From Trichosphaerium sp. ATCC 40318 (Eukaryota; Protista; Tubulinea), in contig JALMLS010000316.1 in NCBI GenBank assembly GCA_038496445.1, forward strand, positions 70,012 through 134,011: 64,000 bases of DNA. The letters are read 5' to 3'. Under the pieces are notes generated by a model, which saw only the letters and a program-made list of their open reading frames with translations, ran no database searches and had not been told where the DNA came from. Every line of letters begins with the position of its first letter. Position 1 is the stretch's first letter. The position numbers and the translations under genes were made by a program. This document shows positions 36,855 through 49,700 of the stretch, piece after piece.

Positions 36855-38570
36855 GCTTTAACTTACACCTCCTACTATTCCTCTACAAATTGAAGGACCA
36901 ACTACCAAAGTTATAACTCTGGCACCAACAGATGTAGTACCAATGACAACAACTGGAGCACCGCCAAAGTGTAAGTGTTTCTACGTACATCTAGCTCTAG
37001 GAAAACTAATGGAAGGAATTTTGTTTGATTTGCCAGATGAAATGTGGATTAAAAAAACAAACCAAACTGGCAGTATTGCTGAACTGTGTGTACAAGAAGG
37101 CTGGTGTATAAACTCTATACAACCAAATACACAAGAATGTGAGTGTTATTACTCTACTATGAGTTTACTTCTGTATAGGGTTTAAGGAGCAGTATGTATG
37201 TAACTATTGTGCTAAACATAAGCACAATGGAACTACTGTAGAAATTTTTTTAACTTGTGGGTAGGAACTAATTGATGATGTACACCTAAAATGTAAGCAT
37301 GGCACATATGCTATTCAGCCTATCAAACCAAATACAGAATTAGGAGACACTACTGCTGGTACAATCAATGCTGCTCTACCAACCATTTAATTTTGAAGAC
37401 AGGATTAAAAAGTAAGACACCTTGGGACTTAAACCCTCGATTGGAGTATGCACATGGATGGGATAGATCAAACAACAAGTTGAGGTTTAATGTCGTTAAT
37501 TTGGTTTAATAGTTTATAGGGGTTTTAATAAAAAAGCAACCCATTACAGAACATTGGACCTTTTTGATGAGAATGACACTGTAGCGAAAAGAGAACTAAA
37601 GTTTCTTCATGAACACATTGCAAAAATGCACGGATATGAGCAAGTCACTGTTAAATCCACATATGCTTGCTCTTATGATGAATCTCAAGGCGACAAAACT
37701 TTGATTTTGAGTCTAGTTACACCTGGAAATGTGTATCCTGTATGTATATTCAGTTTTATTTTTATTTACTACAATGCTAGGTAATAGAAAAGCCTACAGA
37801 CGTTTTTAACTTTCAGGGTAAGCCTATTAAACCAGGATACCAAAGTCACTATACAGTGGTAAACAACAAAGGACAAGCTGTAAAAGACAATATTGACAAG
37901 TATAACTGGGATGAGTTGGTTGTGGCTCAAGGTAACTAGTCTCATGTGAGCTGTAACGGTGGCTTTCTTTTTACTGTTAATTTAGATGTGCAAGCTGTTG
38001 CACGATATATCATTACAGTCGCAAAGAGGCCAAAGAAACGGGTAGTGATCCCTAAAAAAAAAAATAAAGTAATGAAGAAAACAAAAAAGGCCAAGATCAA
38101 AACTATTGGAAGTGAAAACCTAGAAACCAATGAGGTTTCAAATTCTGAGAATGACAGCGAGTCAGATGAGTTGGTTGATGAAGAGTCATTCAAAACTAAA
38201 CGGTAAGACTGACAACACAGAATAGCTCACTAACTTACTTTCAAGAAAACTATGGGCAGCTGCAAATCCAAATCAACCTGATCAACCAAGTGTCCAAGAT
38301 CTGCATGTAAAATCACTAAAAAAAGAAGTCACAAAGCTCAAACAAGAAAACAAAACCATCATTGCCGAATTTGTGGAAACAAATACCAAATTGCAAGAGG
38401 TGCAACAAGCTAACACATTACTCCAGAAAATCAACGCCAGCCACGAGGAAAGCACAAACAACTACCTTGACAAAATCGCCAAACTGGAAGAAGAAAATGC
38501 AAACCAATGCTCTCAAATTGCCAAACTACTAGCCCGAATTGCAAATCTAGAAGGTAATGTGAGCTCTTAA
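36855..38570 (+). pseudogene. Inverted chimeric copy: mucin fragment (paralog of 52.0 kb) fused to the 3' part of the ANK-ART gene, with the catalytic HGT...GIYFT block deleted
   Basis: VITLAPTDVVPMT matches 52015-52060(-). LMEGILFDLPDE.., DLFDENDTVAKRE.., DELVVAQ and the coiled-coil tail match 46798-48840(-). VTVKS is joined directly to TYACSYD. Confidence 0.8.
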
Positions 38571-38719
38571 ACTATGTATGAATAAATGTAAATAAGGAAC
38601 TAACTGCCTGACACTCCTGCTACAGGTTTCTTTATGTTAGTTACAAAAAAAGTAAGAAGTAAACGTGAAGTTCATGTAACAAGAAAATCAGTTTTATTAG
38701 CATAATTCTATTTGTTTTT

Positions 38720-39325
38720 TTAGTTTCCTGGTGTTGCTAAGTACAGTTGAACCAATCCTTTAGTTATATGCTCTTTTAGAAACCCTGAAATCCTACATGT
38801 TTCCAGTCCTGTTGCAATCACAGTGTAAACGTTAAGAATACTAAGATCACAATCCGGTTCCATCTGACAATCAGTTTCGATTGTCAAATAAGCGTTTTTG
38901 CAATCTTCAGGTGTTTTGTAGGTGAACGTTGCCCACGAGTCTGATTTATCGCCTTCTCCTGGTACCTGAGCTGCTTGAAGGGTCAAGGAAGCGGGATCTT
39001 CCTTTGAGAAGGGTGCTAGTTTGCTGTAGCCGGCTTGGAGTGGAGAAAGTCCCCATAAGGAAGGTGAGTGTTCTTGAGCTGTTAGATTGTGCGCAGATGC
39101 TACTGTAATGTTACACCATAAGAAACTAAAGAAAGGAGCCGTAGGAGAGCCGCATTGATCAGTTAGTTTGCAAGGTCCGGCTAAGAAGTCTGCCTGTGTT
39201 CTACAAACCGATTGCGGGGTTCCTGGTGCGTAGCCTACGTAAAAGAACGAGAATTGGTCTACAGTGATGACTTGTTGTGATGCTACTACGCATAAGAATG
39301 CCAAAACGAGCAATTGTTGCCTCAT
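38720..39325 (-). CDS. Intronless secreted protein of unknown function (201 aa)
   Basis: Signal MRQQLLVLAFLCVVAS; long ORF with paired cysteines. Confidence 0.75.
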   Translation of the reverse strand: MRQQLLVLAFLCVVASQQVITVDQFSFFYVGYAPGTPQSVCRTQADFLAGPCKLTDQCGSPTAPFFSFLWCNITVASAHNLTAQEHSPSLWGLSPLQAGYSKLAPFSKEDPASLTLQAAQVPGEGDKSDSWATFTYKTPEDCKNAYLTIETDCQMEPDCDLSILNVYTVIATGLETCRISGFLKEHITKGLVQLYLATPGN

Positions 39326-39503
39326 TGCGATTAAATACACGGTTTTAAACGTCAAGGCAATTCTTGTCTTCTGTAGTATCTGTAACACCCAAATAGTGCA
39401 ACTGCTAGTATATTTACAAATTCGGCGAACGGCGATTGCACATCAGAGATGTGATTTCTTTAATTTGGGTGTTTTTGTCACAACTTCGTAAAATTCAAAG
39501 TTG

Positions 39504-39796
39504 GGGGCAGCATCGCTTTTGAGACAGTTTCGAAAATTACGACATTTTTGATTTTTGATATTTACGGCATTTCGAGAATCTTTGAGACGTTTTTACTCAC
39601 CTCAGAACCGTCTTTACCAAAAATTGTTATTATGAACATTTAACTAGTATTCTATACTTATAGGCTTAAAAACAATTTTGCGATTCGTTCTTGCTGTGCG
39701 GAGGAAAAGTACTGACAGTCAAAGCAATTTTTTTCAAAACAAACTTTTTCAAAAATTTTGGACTTTCTGAAACTGTCTCAAAAGCGATGCTGCCCC
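39504..39796. mobile_element. MITE-like non-autonomous DNA element, 293 bp, with 28-bp perfect TIRs
   Basis: GGGGCAGCATCGCTTTTGAGACAGTTTC (39504-39531) and its exact reverse complement (39769-39796); AT-rich non-coding interior; no clean TSD. Confidence 0.85.
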
Positions 39797-40518
39797 TAAA
39801 GTGACACGTGTTCAGAAGAGCCTCTGTCGCATTATCTTGTTACGCTCACCCTAAACATTAGTGCAATGCTTGATGCTATAATTTATTACCTACGCACTGG
39901 TATTTGTGAGCGCTAAATTCTGAAGTTTTGTCAAGTAAATAGCTATTTATTGAAGTCACAATTCAAACTATGGATTGCTCCCTCTACTTGTTTCCAATTT
40001 TGTACCATTTCTTATACTCTTATAGGCCTGGAAATGTACTTTAGTGTAGATATCGATGATATCCAGCTGTAGTTCCACTGGAAGATAATATAGCAGTATT
40101 TGCCTATTTGGTGTTCATTAGTAAGGCCACAAATCGTATTGATCGCTTGTGTACAACTACTTTATGTTTGGACGCGATTTCTTTGAGGATGTTTGTTAAC
40201 ACGTGATGAGTCGCGGTTGATTCAATAACCTTTAACAGTTGTGCAGTCAAACAAAGTGCCTTTACGCACTTTTGGTGAACTAGAACGTAGAAGATTGAAA
40301 TGGCAGACAGTGACCAACCAAATCAGTAGCTTATTAATTAATTGAATTAACTTGACCACACATCACGGACAACTCATTGGTTGGTATTAACCTATCAAGA
40401 AACCAACAAACACGAGACTTATTGTATTTTTTTTTGTTTATTGCACAATCCTTCTTTGTTTTTTATATTTTCTATTGTAATGTGGCCCCTTGTGATTTCG
40501 TGCTTGGGTAAATGTTGT

Positions 40519-43034
40519 TTATAGGAGCGTTATAATTAGCATCATGTAAGAACAACAACAAACAAATAGCCAAGTACTGTGTTGAAGCATAGGCAGCGTT
40601 GATGAGGAACTTGAGGTTGGAGCAATTGTAGTGTTTGAAGGTTGTGTTGGTATTACAGCCGACGGAACTGTAGGCCCTTGTGTTGTTGGCGATTGTGTCG
40701 GTGTAGGTAAAGTTGTTGGCGCTACTGGATTTGGTGTTGTTGTTGGAGGCAATGTCGTTGGTGGCGCAGTTGGTGCCTGAGTACTTGGAGGTGGAGGCGG
40801 GTTGTATTTAAAAGCAGAGATTCCCAAAGTGACACCAACATTCACATCTGTTTTAATGACAGATAGCGTTGTAGCGTTGATGTGTACTAAGTTGCCATTT
40901 CTACAAGAGCCAACAAGAACATCACTTGATATTGGTGTGATACCTTGTTTTTTTATTTGTAAGCTTGAGAACGTAAAAAAATGATTGATTGACGTACCTG
41001 CCATTTCACAATTGGGGATTGATGCTGAAGTATTTGGCAAACATGAACCAGCCATAAAATTAGTTGCTTGAGTTACTTGGTTAGTACCAGCAATATACAG
41101 AACGTCACCGATAAGTGTACCTAACACAAGTTTAGGATCAAGGTTTTTGTAAGTAATGTTTGTAGTGTACCACCAGACGCTGATGTTGTTTGGTCGTTGC
41201 AATGTTGAGAATATTCACAGGTCTCCATATCAATTTCTAGGATGGTATGGCCTAAACTCTCACCAAAAATCCTTCCACTTTCTGCATCTACCATCAAACC
41301 AAATGTATTAGCGACAACAGCGCAAGTCCTATCCTATTCAAGGAAGTTAATACATAAACAACTTATCACTGTTCAACAAAATGTTTGCCGGAAAAAAGCA
41401 ACGTACGATTTCACATGTGTAAGGATCAACCGTGAATATCTTACTATTGAAATTGATGTATATGATCTTATCAATAGAACTGCTATATGCTAGTGCAATT
41501 GGAACGGTGCCCAGACCTGGTGTAGAGCAAGCTGATACAATGATTAATACGAGGTAGAAATACAAAATAAATACTTACATCCAACAATATCACTTGTGTT
41601 TGAAATCATTCGATAATCAAACCCTAATGGATCAATTGATTCTGATCCTCCTCTTCCTGTGATAAATACATCTATTGTACCTCCATCCGGAGCTATTGTA
41701 GGTTGTAGAGTGGGTGCTCCAGTACTAGGTGATACAGTAGTAAAAGGAGCGATTGTTGTTGATATATCATAGAACATTGATGCGATTGCATTTCCATTGG
41801 ATATGCTTGTCGTGTACGATGATGTTGCTCCTGTGTTGATATTAAATTTCTGGAAGCCATATAACGTTGATGCAACCACCTCATCATCTGAAATAAAAGC
41901 GAGTGCTAAGAAGAATATATCAGGAAAAGACTTATCTTACCATGCCAATTTACATACCTGTAGGGCCAATTGGTATTGAGAAAGTGCCTGTTGTAGATGC
42001 AGTACAATTTTGCGCATTAAATGAGGGAATAACTGATAAAAATCCCGCGCCACTTGCTACCAATGTTGAATCACTAAACACGACTATACATAGAAAACAA
42101 TTAGGGGAACATATATATAGTCTTAGCGGAAATTGTATTACTTGCAACTTTCACACTACTCTTTTTTTGCTAGGTCTGTACCTCAAGCTGGAAAAATGCA
42201 AGAGGTACGAATTAAGACTTTTCGAAGTTGCCAATATTAAAGCTGTAGATAAAAGGGTTTTTTCCCGTAAATACGTATTTACAGCCAAAATCACGTGATT
42301 AAATTTGTTGGCTTACGAAACGTTTTAAAAGTAAAACTTAGCAAATGTAATCTAGACGCACGGGATGTTCCTGAAATAGTTAAATTAGCTTCGCAAGCAA
42401 GCTTAAAAGTGACATCACAGGTTGAATAGTCTATTTCTGAAAAAAACGTTATTCCGGGTCCACGTCCACCCGATGTGCTACTAATTGCGTAAAGTATCTC
42501 AGTGTTTGGATCTACACTAATTGAACCGAAACCTGTTGTCAACGAGCATTCTTTCTAAAAATAGTAAACAAACAACAAAATGCTACAATCGCCTGAAACC
42601 AACGCTCAGTAACACGTGAACAAGCATTTTGTATATAATTGCGGAGTAAGTCCGACTGTTACCAGTTTCAAGCGGCAAATCGCTTGAAGGATGTGCGTAC
42701 CTGTATCCGGCATGTATAAGGATCCATAATAAGAAATGTTGGGGTTGGTGGAGTTGTTTGAGCTGTTACAACAAAAAGCAAGTTTTTAGAAGGCAAGTAT
42801 GTCATTGATCTTATCGGTGAAGTGATATTTGTACATGCTAATGAGGGATTATTATAAAAACACAATTTCTGATCAAAACGTGATCACCGTACTATGTACA
42901 ACAGTGTCGTCGCTTGCGATCATGCGTATTTCAAATCCATTTTGTGTTCTCGCACTGATAAAGGCGTTGGGAGTCTGTGTTCTCACCAGCGCAATAACAA
43001 TGGCGAGAACAATAAATTTATATCGAGTATTCAT
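40519..43034 (-). CDS. Secreted/GPI-like surface protein with repeated beta-rich modules and a Pro-Thr stalk (multi-exon)
   Basis: Signal MNTRYKFIVLAIVIALVRT; recurring (M/V/I)D(P/Y)xTC motifs; PT-rich stalk; hydrophobic C-terminus. Confidence 0.75.
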
Positions 43035-43444
43035 TGCGTTGAGTTTTGCTTTCAAGAAAGAATGAAGAAGTAAGAACAAGTCTTATTTTTTTTTGTAGTT
43101 TTTCTAACGTGGAAAAACGGGCGTAAACCAGTACTAAAAAGTGGGTAATAGTTAACCGAAATAGAACCAAACACAAAAATAGACACAATCCTATTTTTCT
43201 ACGAAATAAAAGTCAAATACCAACAGGATTAGCTAATCCTGGTTTTTTTTCTCAGAAAAAAAGTGGGTTTGTGTTTCTCTGACACCTCCTATAATGTAGT
43301 ATATTCGCATTGGTATTCATCAGCAGCAGCTGGGACGTCATGCCTGGCAGCGTCATGTTTATAGACTTGCTTCAGAGAACAGTCCGAAATTAGCGAAATG
43401 TAAAAAAATTGATTGAATTTCTTAAGTTGGCTGTTTGGCACGGC

Positions 43445-44130
43445 CTATCCCAGTTATATTTGTCAATATTATCTTTTACAGCTTGTCCTTTGTTGTTTAC
43501 CACTGCATAGTGACTTTGGTATCCTGGTTTAATAGGCTTACCCTGGTAAGGATACCAAAGTCACTATGCAGTACAATTCTGGTAATAGACCCACCTGCAT
43601 AATGTAAAGGTGTCCATCCATCATTGTCCAACACTTGCGCCTGATTGAATTAACTGCTTACTTAATCTTTTGTGTCCATGTTTAGCTAGTATTTGTAAGC
43701 TGAAAAAGTTCGTTCAAGATCCAGTATGATTACAACAGTACCAGCACAGTATAAAGCTATCAAGAGCGCCCGCGATTCTTTCCGTAGCCGATCTTCTACG
43801 CGATCTGCTAGAAGCCAGCAACGCAGCGAGGCGCAAGAGCAACCACTCAACGTTGGAAAGTGTGAGAACATAAATTGATAGTTATTTACAACATTACCTG
43901 CAAAGTGTAACGCTGTTTCTCCATTGTTATTTGTAACATTTATATTTGCATCAGCGTTAATCATCTTTAGTCATATTATTGTATCCACTTCATGCTCTAA
44001 AGTGTGAAAATATATCGCTTATTTACAGCAAGTACCTGCTTTGTGTAAAGCCGTCTCTTCTTCTTTATCTGTTGCGTTTATCTCCTTTTTCATCTGGATA
44101 ATGTGGGCGTGTAGATAAATTACCTGTTGT
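43445..44130 (-). pseudogene. Scrambled remnant of an ANK-ART paralog
   Basis: ART fragment GKPIKPGYQSHYAVVNNKGQAVKDNIDKYNWD; ANK fragments DGWTPLHYA, INADANINVTNNNGETALHFA, DKEEETALHKA; foreign insert at about 43690-43855. Confidence 0.85.
43502..43572. repeat. Perfect 24-bp inverted repeat with a 23-nt spacer (fold-back junction)
   Basis: ACTGCATAGTGACTTTGGTATCCT ... AGGATACCAAAGTCACTATGCAGT. Confidence 0.95.
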
Positions 44131-45879
44131 AATATTCCTGAACTCTCTTTGAAACTTCTTTGGCAAATGTGGTACTCTAATAAAGTGTTGGTCTAAGGTA
44201 ATAATTTATCAAAATTAACCAAAATACAATAAGTTTGCGGTGTTCTACAACACTTAAGAGAGTGTTGAGTGATAAACACTGGCTAAAAGCAAAGGACTCT
44301 GAGGAATTTTGCCTTGTCAAATAGGGTGGCCACTGATACAGGCAAGGTTTTTCTCGGCTTTTTGTGAGTTGTCCGTTATGAACCGCGAGTGAGCTTACTG
44401 AAAAAAAAAGTAAATCAAAGACGCTAATTACATTATGCTCGCTTCGTTCGATTGTTTAACAAATTGAATTTGGCGCAAGGTTTCCCTGGGTTTGCACTAC
44501 TTTTCGCGAAATTGATTAGAGCCACGATTGACTAAAAAATGTGAGCTCTTTTCTGCAAAAATGTAGAACATTCGCCTCCAAAAGAACAGATTTAGAAGAA
44601 ATACAACATGCCGCCAAATTTCGTGAAATGTAGTGCGTTTATGTAATCGCATGCGATTTTAGTTCAAGGCATTTACCTGAAATGCTCAAGCTACTCTAAG
44701 CATGTCTTGCGTGACAACTAAATAAAGCCTGCTGTTTTACGTGCCTGTTGGCTGTTTTTTATCACGTGATAACTCTACACGTTTGCTCGAAGCGGCACGT
44801 ATTGTTGAGGTTGTATAGTACTGCGACTGTGGTAGTTATTGAGGTGTTATAGTCAGCTTTTTTCGTACAGCTTGTTCGAAAGTGTTTTCTAACCTTAATT
44901 CTAACGCACGTAATTGTTGTTTACCTCGACTGTGGCTGTTACATTTTACCTCTTCATTTGGTTTTTCGAACAGTTTTTTTTTTTTCGAACCAATTAATAT
45001 TGTGCACACTTTACAACTTTATGTTACACCTTGTACCTTATTTCAACAAGGAGATTCATAGTTGAATACTTATAAGACTCTAGAGTCACAACATGCAGTT
45101 CATGTTGAAATACCCAGTAACGAATATTACTAGTTTAGACCAAGGTTGACCTCCCTTGGGTTGCGGGTTCAATCCCGGTTGAATGCTTGTAAACTAATCC
45201 TTTGATCTCAATGCCATATTTAAATTGGTAGTCATTTCAAATGTGTTTAAACACGCCTCCGGTAGAACTTTGCGGTCTGGACCAGGTTGGGACCCTGGTT
45301 CGTCTCCTACAACAAACCCCTGGAACTCAGTTGAGCTTCTAAAAATAATACATATAAATTATACTATAAAAAGCACAGGGTGGAAGGTCTCCTTCACTGT
45401 TACGGTCCATCAAGTAGTTGGTATCCTAGTCGTATATACACGTGGAAGATTGGTTTGGTGCAACTCCAAATGTCAACCCTTAGTGAGCACCAATGTAGGC
45501 TTGCTTAAGAATGGGTCAGTCCCAGCGTAGACAAATAAAAGTAAAGATATATTATCAGTTTTTGTGGCTGACATAGCCTATTTTATGTTGGTTGCAGTTC
45601 AGTTTAGACTGTCTTATTAGTAAGCCAGCTAGATTTCGGAATAGGAAGCGTGTATGTTTGCATCATCTTTAAAGTTTCCGCTCTCGGTAATGAAGCCTAA
45701 AATTGTGCGAGCTTCCTGTCATTTGCAGCTTGTTTACAAAGAAAACTCAAAGAAAATTAGGCGCTTAAATACGTTTCGAAACAACTAATACACGCCCCCC
45801 ACCTCTCCCGTAACGAAGCTTTTGTACTGTCAAATAAACTCGTTATCTTTATATTTTTTTATGTCTTTTCTGATTTTGG

Positions 45880-46638
45880 GTTGGAACCAGTCGCCACAAC
45901 TTGAGTTTCATATCATTGAAGTAGAAACCATTATCATTAGTAATATCCCATCCAAGAATTCTACCAAACCCAGATACTGAGAGATCAACATTTACTTGCA
46001 CTATAACATATGGACTGTTTTTTATTGCATTATTTGGGTTGTTTAATAGCAAAAACGGGTTAGTAGTTTCTGGTAGCTCTAAGCATCCCTCTGTTGAGTT
46101 ATAGTCCTCTGTTATACCCATTGTTAAGCTCCTATTGGTTGTACACTGAGAAATCATGTAGGCGGTTAAAGACGTACCCATCACCTGCGTCATCATTTAA
46201 GTTGTGTCTGTATATTCCATAGAATTCCAGGCGTTTGAGGAACTTTGCTGACCAACCAAATTTAAGGATTACCATAGCATGACAAGCACAGAAACATTGA
46301 TGGCAAGCAATGATCACCCTCTTCCCCGCCCAATCAAAGGCGAAACTTTTTGATCCTAAAACTGAATTTATTTGAAAAACAAATTTGAGGATCCCTTTTT
46401 ACCTGCATAAATACTACTTGTAAATGTATGTTCAAGAGATAAACACTTACTCGTGTGTTGTATTAGCCACCGAGACGTTAGTCTTCTCCAAACCGGTCCT
46501 GTTCTCTCTGTTGTTCACACAAAAGCCTTTTCATCTAACCATTAAAGTTGAATTCGTGTACTAGAGTTGACCATGTGTTGTTGGTAGGTACACCATAACA
46601 AATAGAGCTAAGAATACGGAAGCTTTGAAGTGATGCAT
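45880..46638 (-). pseudogene. Disrupted paralog of the LamG-like secreted gene at 51.9-52.8 kb
   Basis: Near-identical EDYNSTExCLELPETTNPF..VSGFGRIL; a 1-nt deletion creates a stop after THGQ; 334-bp insertion at 46205-46538. Confidence 0.85.
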
Positions 46639-46797
46639 CTTGTGTAATGATTTAAAGTATATTTGGCAATAAGTTGGAGATTGATTTCTTGAGTACACAA
46701 GCATATCTTTACTATCGCTTCGCTTTTTCATTATGAACTAATAATGGAGCTTGTTGTCAGAATTAGGAATAATAAAAGAAGCGACTTTATTTGAATC

Positions 46798-49700
46798 TTA
46801 GTTATATGAGCTCACATTGCTCTCAAGACTAGCAATTCGGGCTAGTAGCTCAGCAATTTGATTACATTGATTAGCATTTTCTTCTTCAAGTTTAGTATTG
46901 TGTTCCTCCAGTTTAGTGATTCTGATAAGTTGTTTTGTGTTGTTTTTCTCTTGCTCAGCTTTAGTTTTCTGGAGCTCGGCAGTAACTTCTTGCAATTTGG
47001 TATTTGATTCCTCAATAACAGTTTTGTTTTCTTGTTTGAGCCTTGTAATTTCGTGTTTTAGTGATAGTACAAGCTGGTCTTGTGCGCTTGGTTGATCAGG
47101 TTGATTTGGATTTGTGGCTGCCCATAATTTTCTTCATAGTAAATGAGTAAACTATTATTATGTGTGTAGTCTTACCGTTTATTTTTAAATGAGTCTTCAT
47201 GAAACAACTCATCTGACTCATTAACATTGTCTGATTTTGAAAGCTCTTTGTTTGTCAGTTTTTTATTTCCAGTTGGTTTGATGATCTTGGTCTTTTTTGG
47301 CTTGCTTGATTTCTTTTTTGTTGTTTTACTTTTGTTCTGAACTATCCGTTTTCTTGACTTTACAACCTTAATAATATAACGTGCAACAGCTTGTACATCT
47401 AAATAAACAATAAGAGCAATACTTAAGGCCATATTAGACTATTTTACCTTGAGCCACAACCAACTCATCACGTGGATATACATCAATATTTTCTTTTACA
47501 GCTTCTCCCTTTTTGTTTACCACTGCATAATGACTTTGGTACCCAGGTTTAATAGGCTTACCCTTAAAGTTAATAGTATTTGTAGGTTTTTCAATTACCT
47601 ACCAATATTGTAAATAAACATAGAAACCAATGTTTGCATACAGGATACACATTGCCAGGTGTAACTAAACTCAGAATCAGAGTTTTGTCGCCTTGAGATA
47701 CATCATAAGAGCATGCATAAGAGAGACTACTCTATGGGATTATTAGAACAAGAACAAAGTGATGATTAAGTACTGTAAAATAGATTCCTTGTCCATAATA
47801 TCCAGCATCCAAGGCACTTACAGTTCCAAATCCAGCTTTTACAATGCTATAAGCTGCTTCAGCACGTGTTCCATGTGCCATTAACACAACAGGTAACTGA
47901 AAAATTAGTCACAAGTATGATGATTGCTACTACTACCTCTGTGTTGTTAGTTGGTACAGTTATCAAAGATGAAAACTTGTCGTAAACGTTTGTTCTTTGA
48001 ATGTGGTGAGTGTCACGTCTCCAATCATCCTTACAAAATAACTTGGGTAGTTCCCTAAAGTAACAATCAATAATCCTTACAACATGTTTACATACTGGTG
48101 CCTATGTTGAAGTATTGTGTTGTACATCCCAAAGTTTCGAAGCAAGACATCATTGCAAACAAGATGAGCTGATTTAACAGTGACTTGATCATAGCCATGC
48201 ATTTTAGACATCTGTTCATGAAGAAACTGTCGTTCTCTTTTGGCTACAGTGTCATTCTCATCAAAAAGGTCCAAAGTTCTATAATGTGTTGCCTTTTCAA
48301 TAAAACCCCTGTAAAATGTTAAACAATATAACAATGTGATAACTCAACTTGTTTTTTGATCTATCCCAGCCATGTGCATACTCCAATCGTGGGTTTAAGT
48401 CCCATAACGTCTTACTTTTTAATCCTTGTTGAAATCAAATGATTGTATTAACATTACTGTACCTGCTATAGTATCTCCTAATACAGTATTGGGTATGATA
48501 GGCTGAATAGCATATGTGCCAAGTTTACATTTGAGGTGCATGTCATCAATAGGCTTCTACCCACAAGTCAAAAAGAATATACCTATTTGACATACACTTT
48601 CTTTGTGCGTGTTTTGAGCACATTTGCTGCATATGTGAAGCTTATTTACCACTATACTAACAGTTAAAAGAATTGTATTTGATTAAAACTCACAATCTTG
48701 CGTATTTGATTTATGCAGTTGAATGGAGTTTATACACCAGCCTTCTTCTGCACACATTTGAGCAACATTACCAGTTGGTTTTGTTTTTTTACTCCACATG
48801 TCATCTGGTAAGTCATACAAAATACCTTCCATTAGTTCTCCTTGTTCAACCCAAAAGCTCTATAGTGAAATTAGCTGTAATACCTTTATAAAATTTGATA
48901 CCGAGGATTGTACAAATATGCGATTGTAAGTACAAATTAATGAACATATACCCTTTTGCATTGCAAGATTAAAATAAGAATGTGTTGGCTTAGTATGATT
49001 AATTTTCATATTTGACATAAGGCTGTACCAAGTACTGTAGCCATTTTGCAAGATGATATCTCCATTTTGGAGTGTTGACATTTGAACATGATAGCCATAG
49101 TGAGTGATTGTGTTGATTAGTTGGAAATTGTGACAAAACAGTTTCAAAAACTTTGGTGTATGCGGGATCATTGTCAACTACCTTCATCAATATAGTTCTA
49201 AAGCCAAACTTCTGTCCTCTCATTGTCCGTGAAAAAACATCATTTGCATTTGATAAGATGAGAAATACTGCTGTATTTTTACAGTGTGCTAATAGAGGTT
49301 GTTATTTAATGTTTTGCAAATAGAATCACCTGCATAAATTAAAGGTGTCCATCCTTTATTGTCTACTGCTTCAATACTAGCATGTGAGTTAATTAACTGC
49401 TCAACTATTCTACTGTGTCCACGTTCAGCTAGCCTGTATAAGTAAATTGTATTGTTAAGATTAATACCAGCAACATGTAAAGCTGTATGTCCATGGTTAT
49501 TTGTAGCGTTGACATTTGCATCTGCATTTATCAATAACTTAACAGTTTCATGGCGCCCACAATGTACTTAAGAGTTTTGAGAACATATTGTATTACAACA
49601 CCATACCTGCTTTGTGTAAAGCTGTCTTTCCATCTTTATCTGCAATATTGATATTTGCACCTGCATTGATCAATAAGCTAGCAATACCATGAAAAGCTGC

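Noticed and set aside
44350-44375. TTCTCGGCTTTTTG resembling the U2 snRNA 5' end
   Set aside because: No GTGTAGTA branch-pairing region or Sm site; it is part of the duplicated upstream region of the ANK-ART genes.
45140-45310. GGGTTCAATCCCGG and GGTTCG B-box/T-arm-like motifs as a tRNA or as the missing tRNA-Ala 3' half
   Set aside because: T-stem mismatched, no cloverleaf, and the following bases do not complement GGGCGTG.
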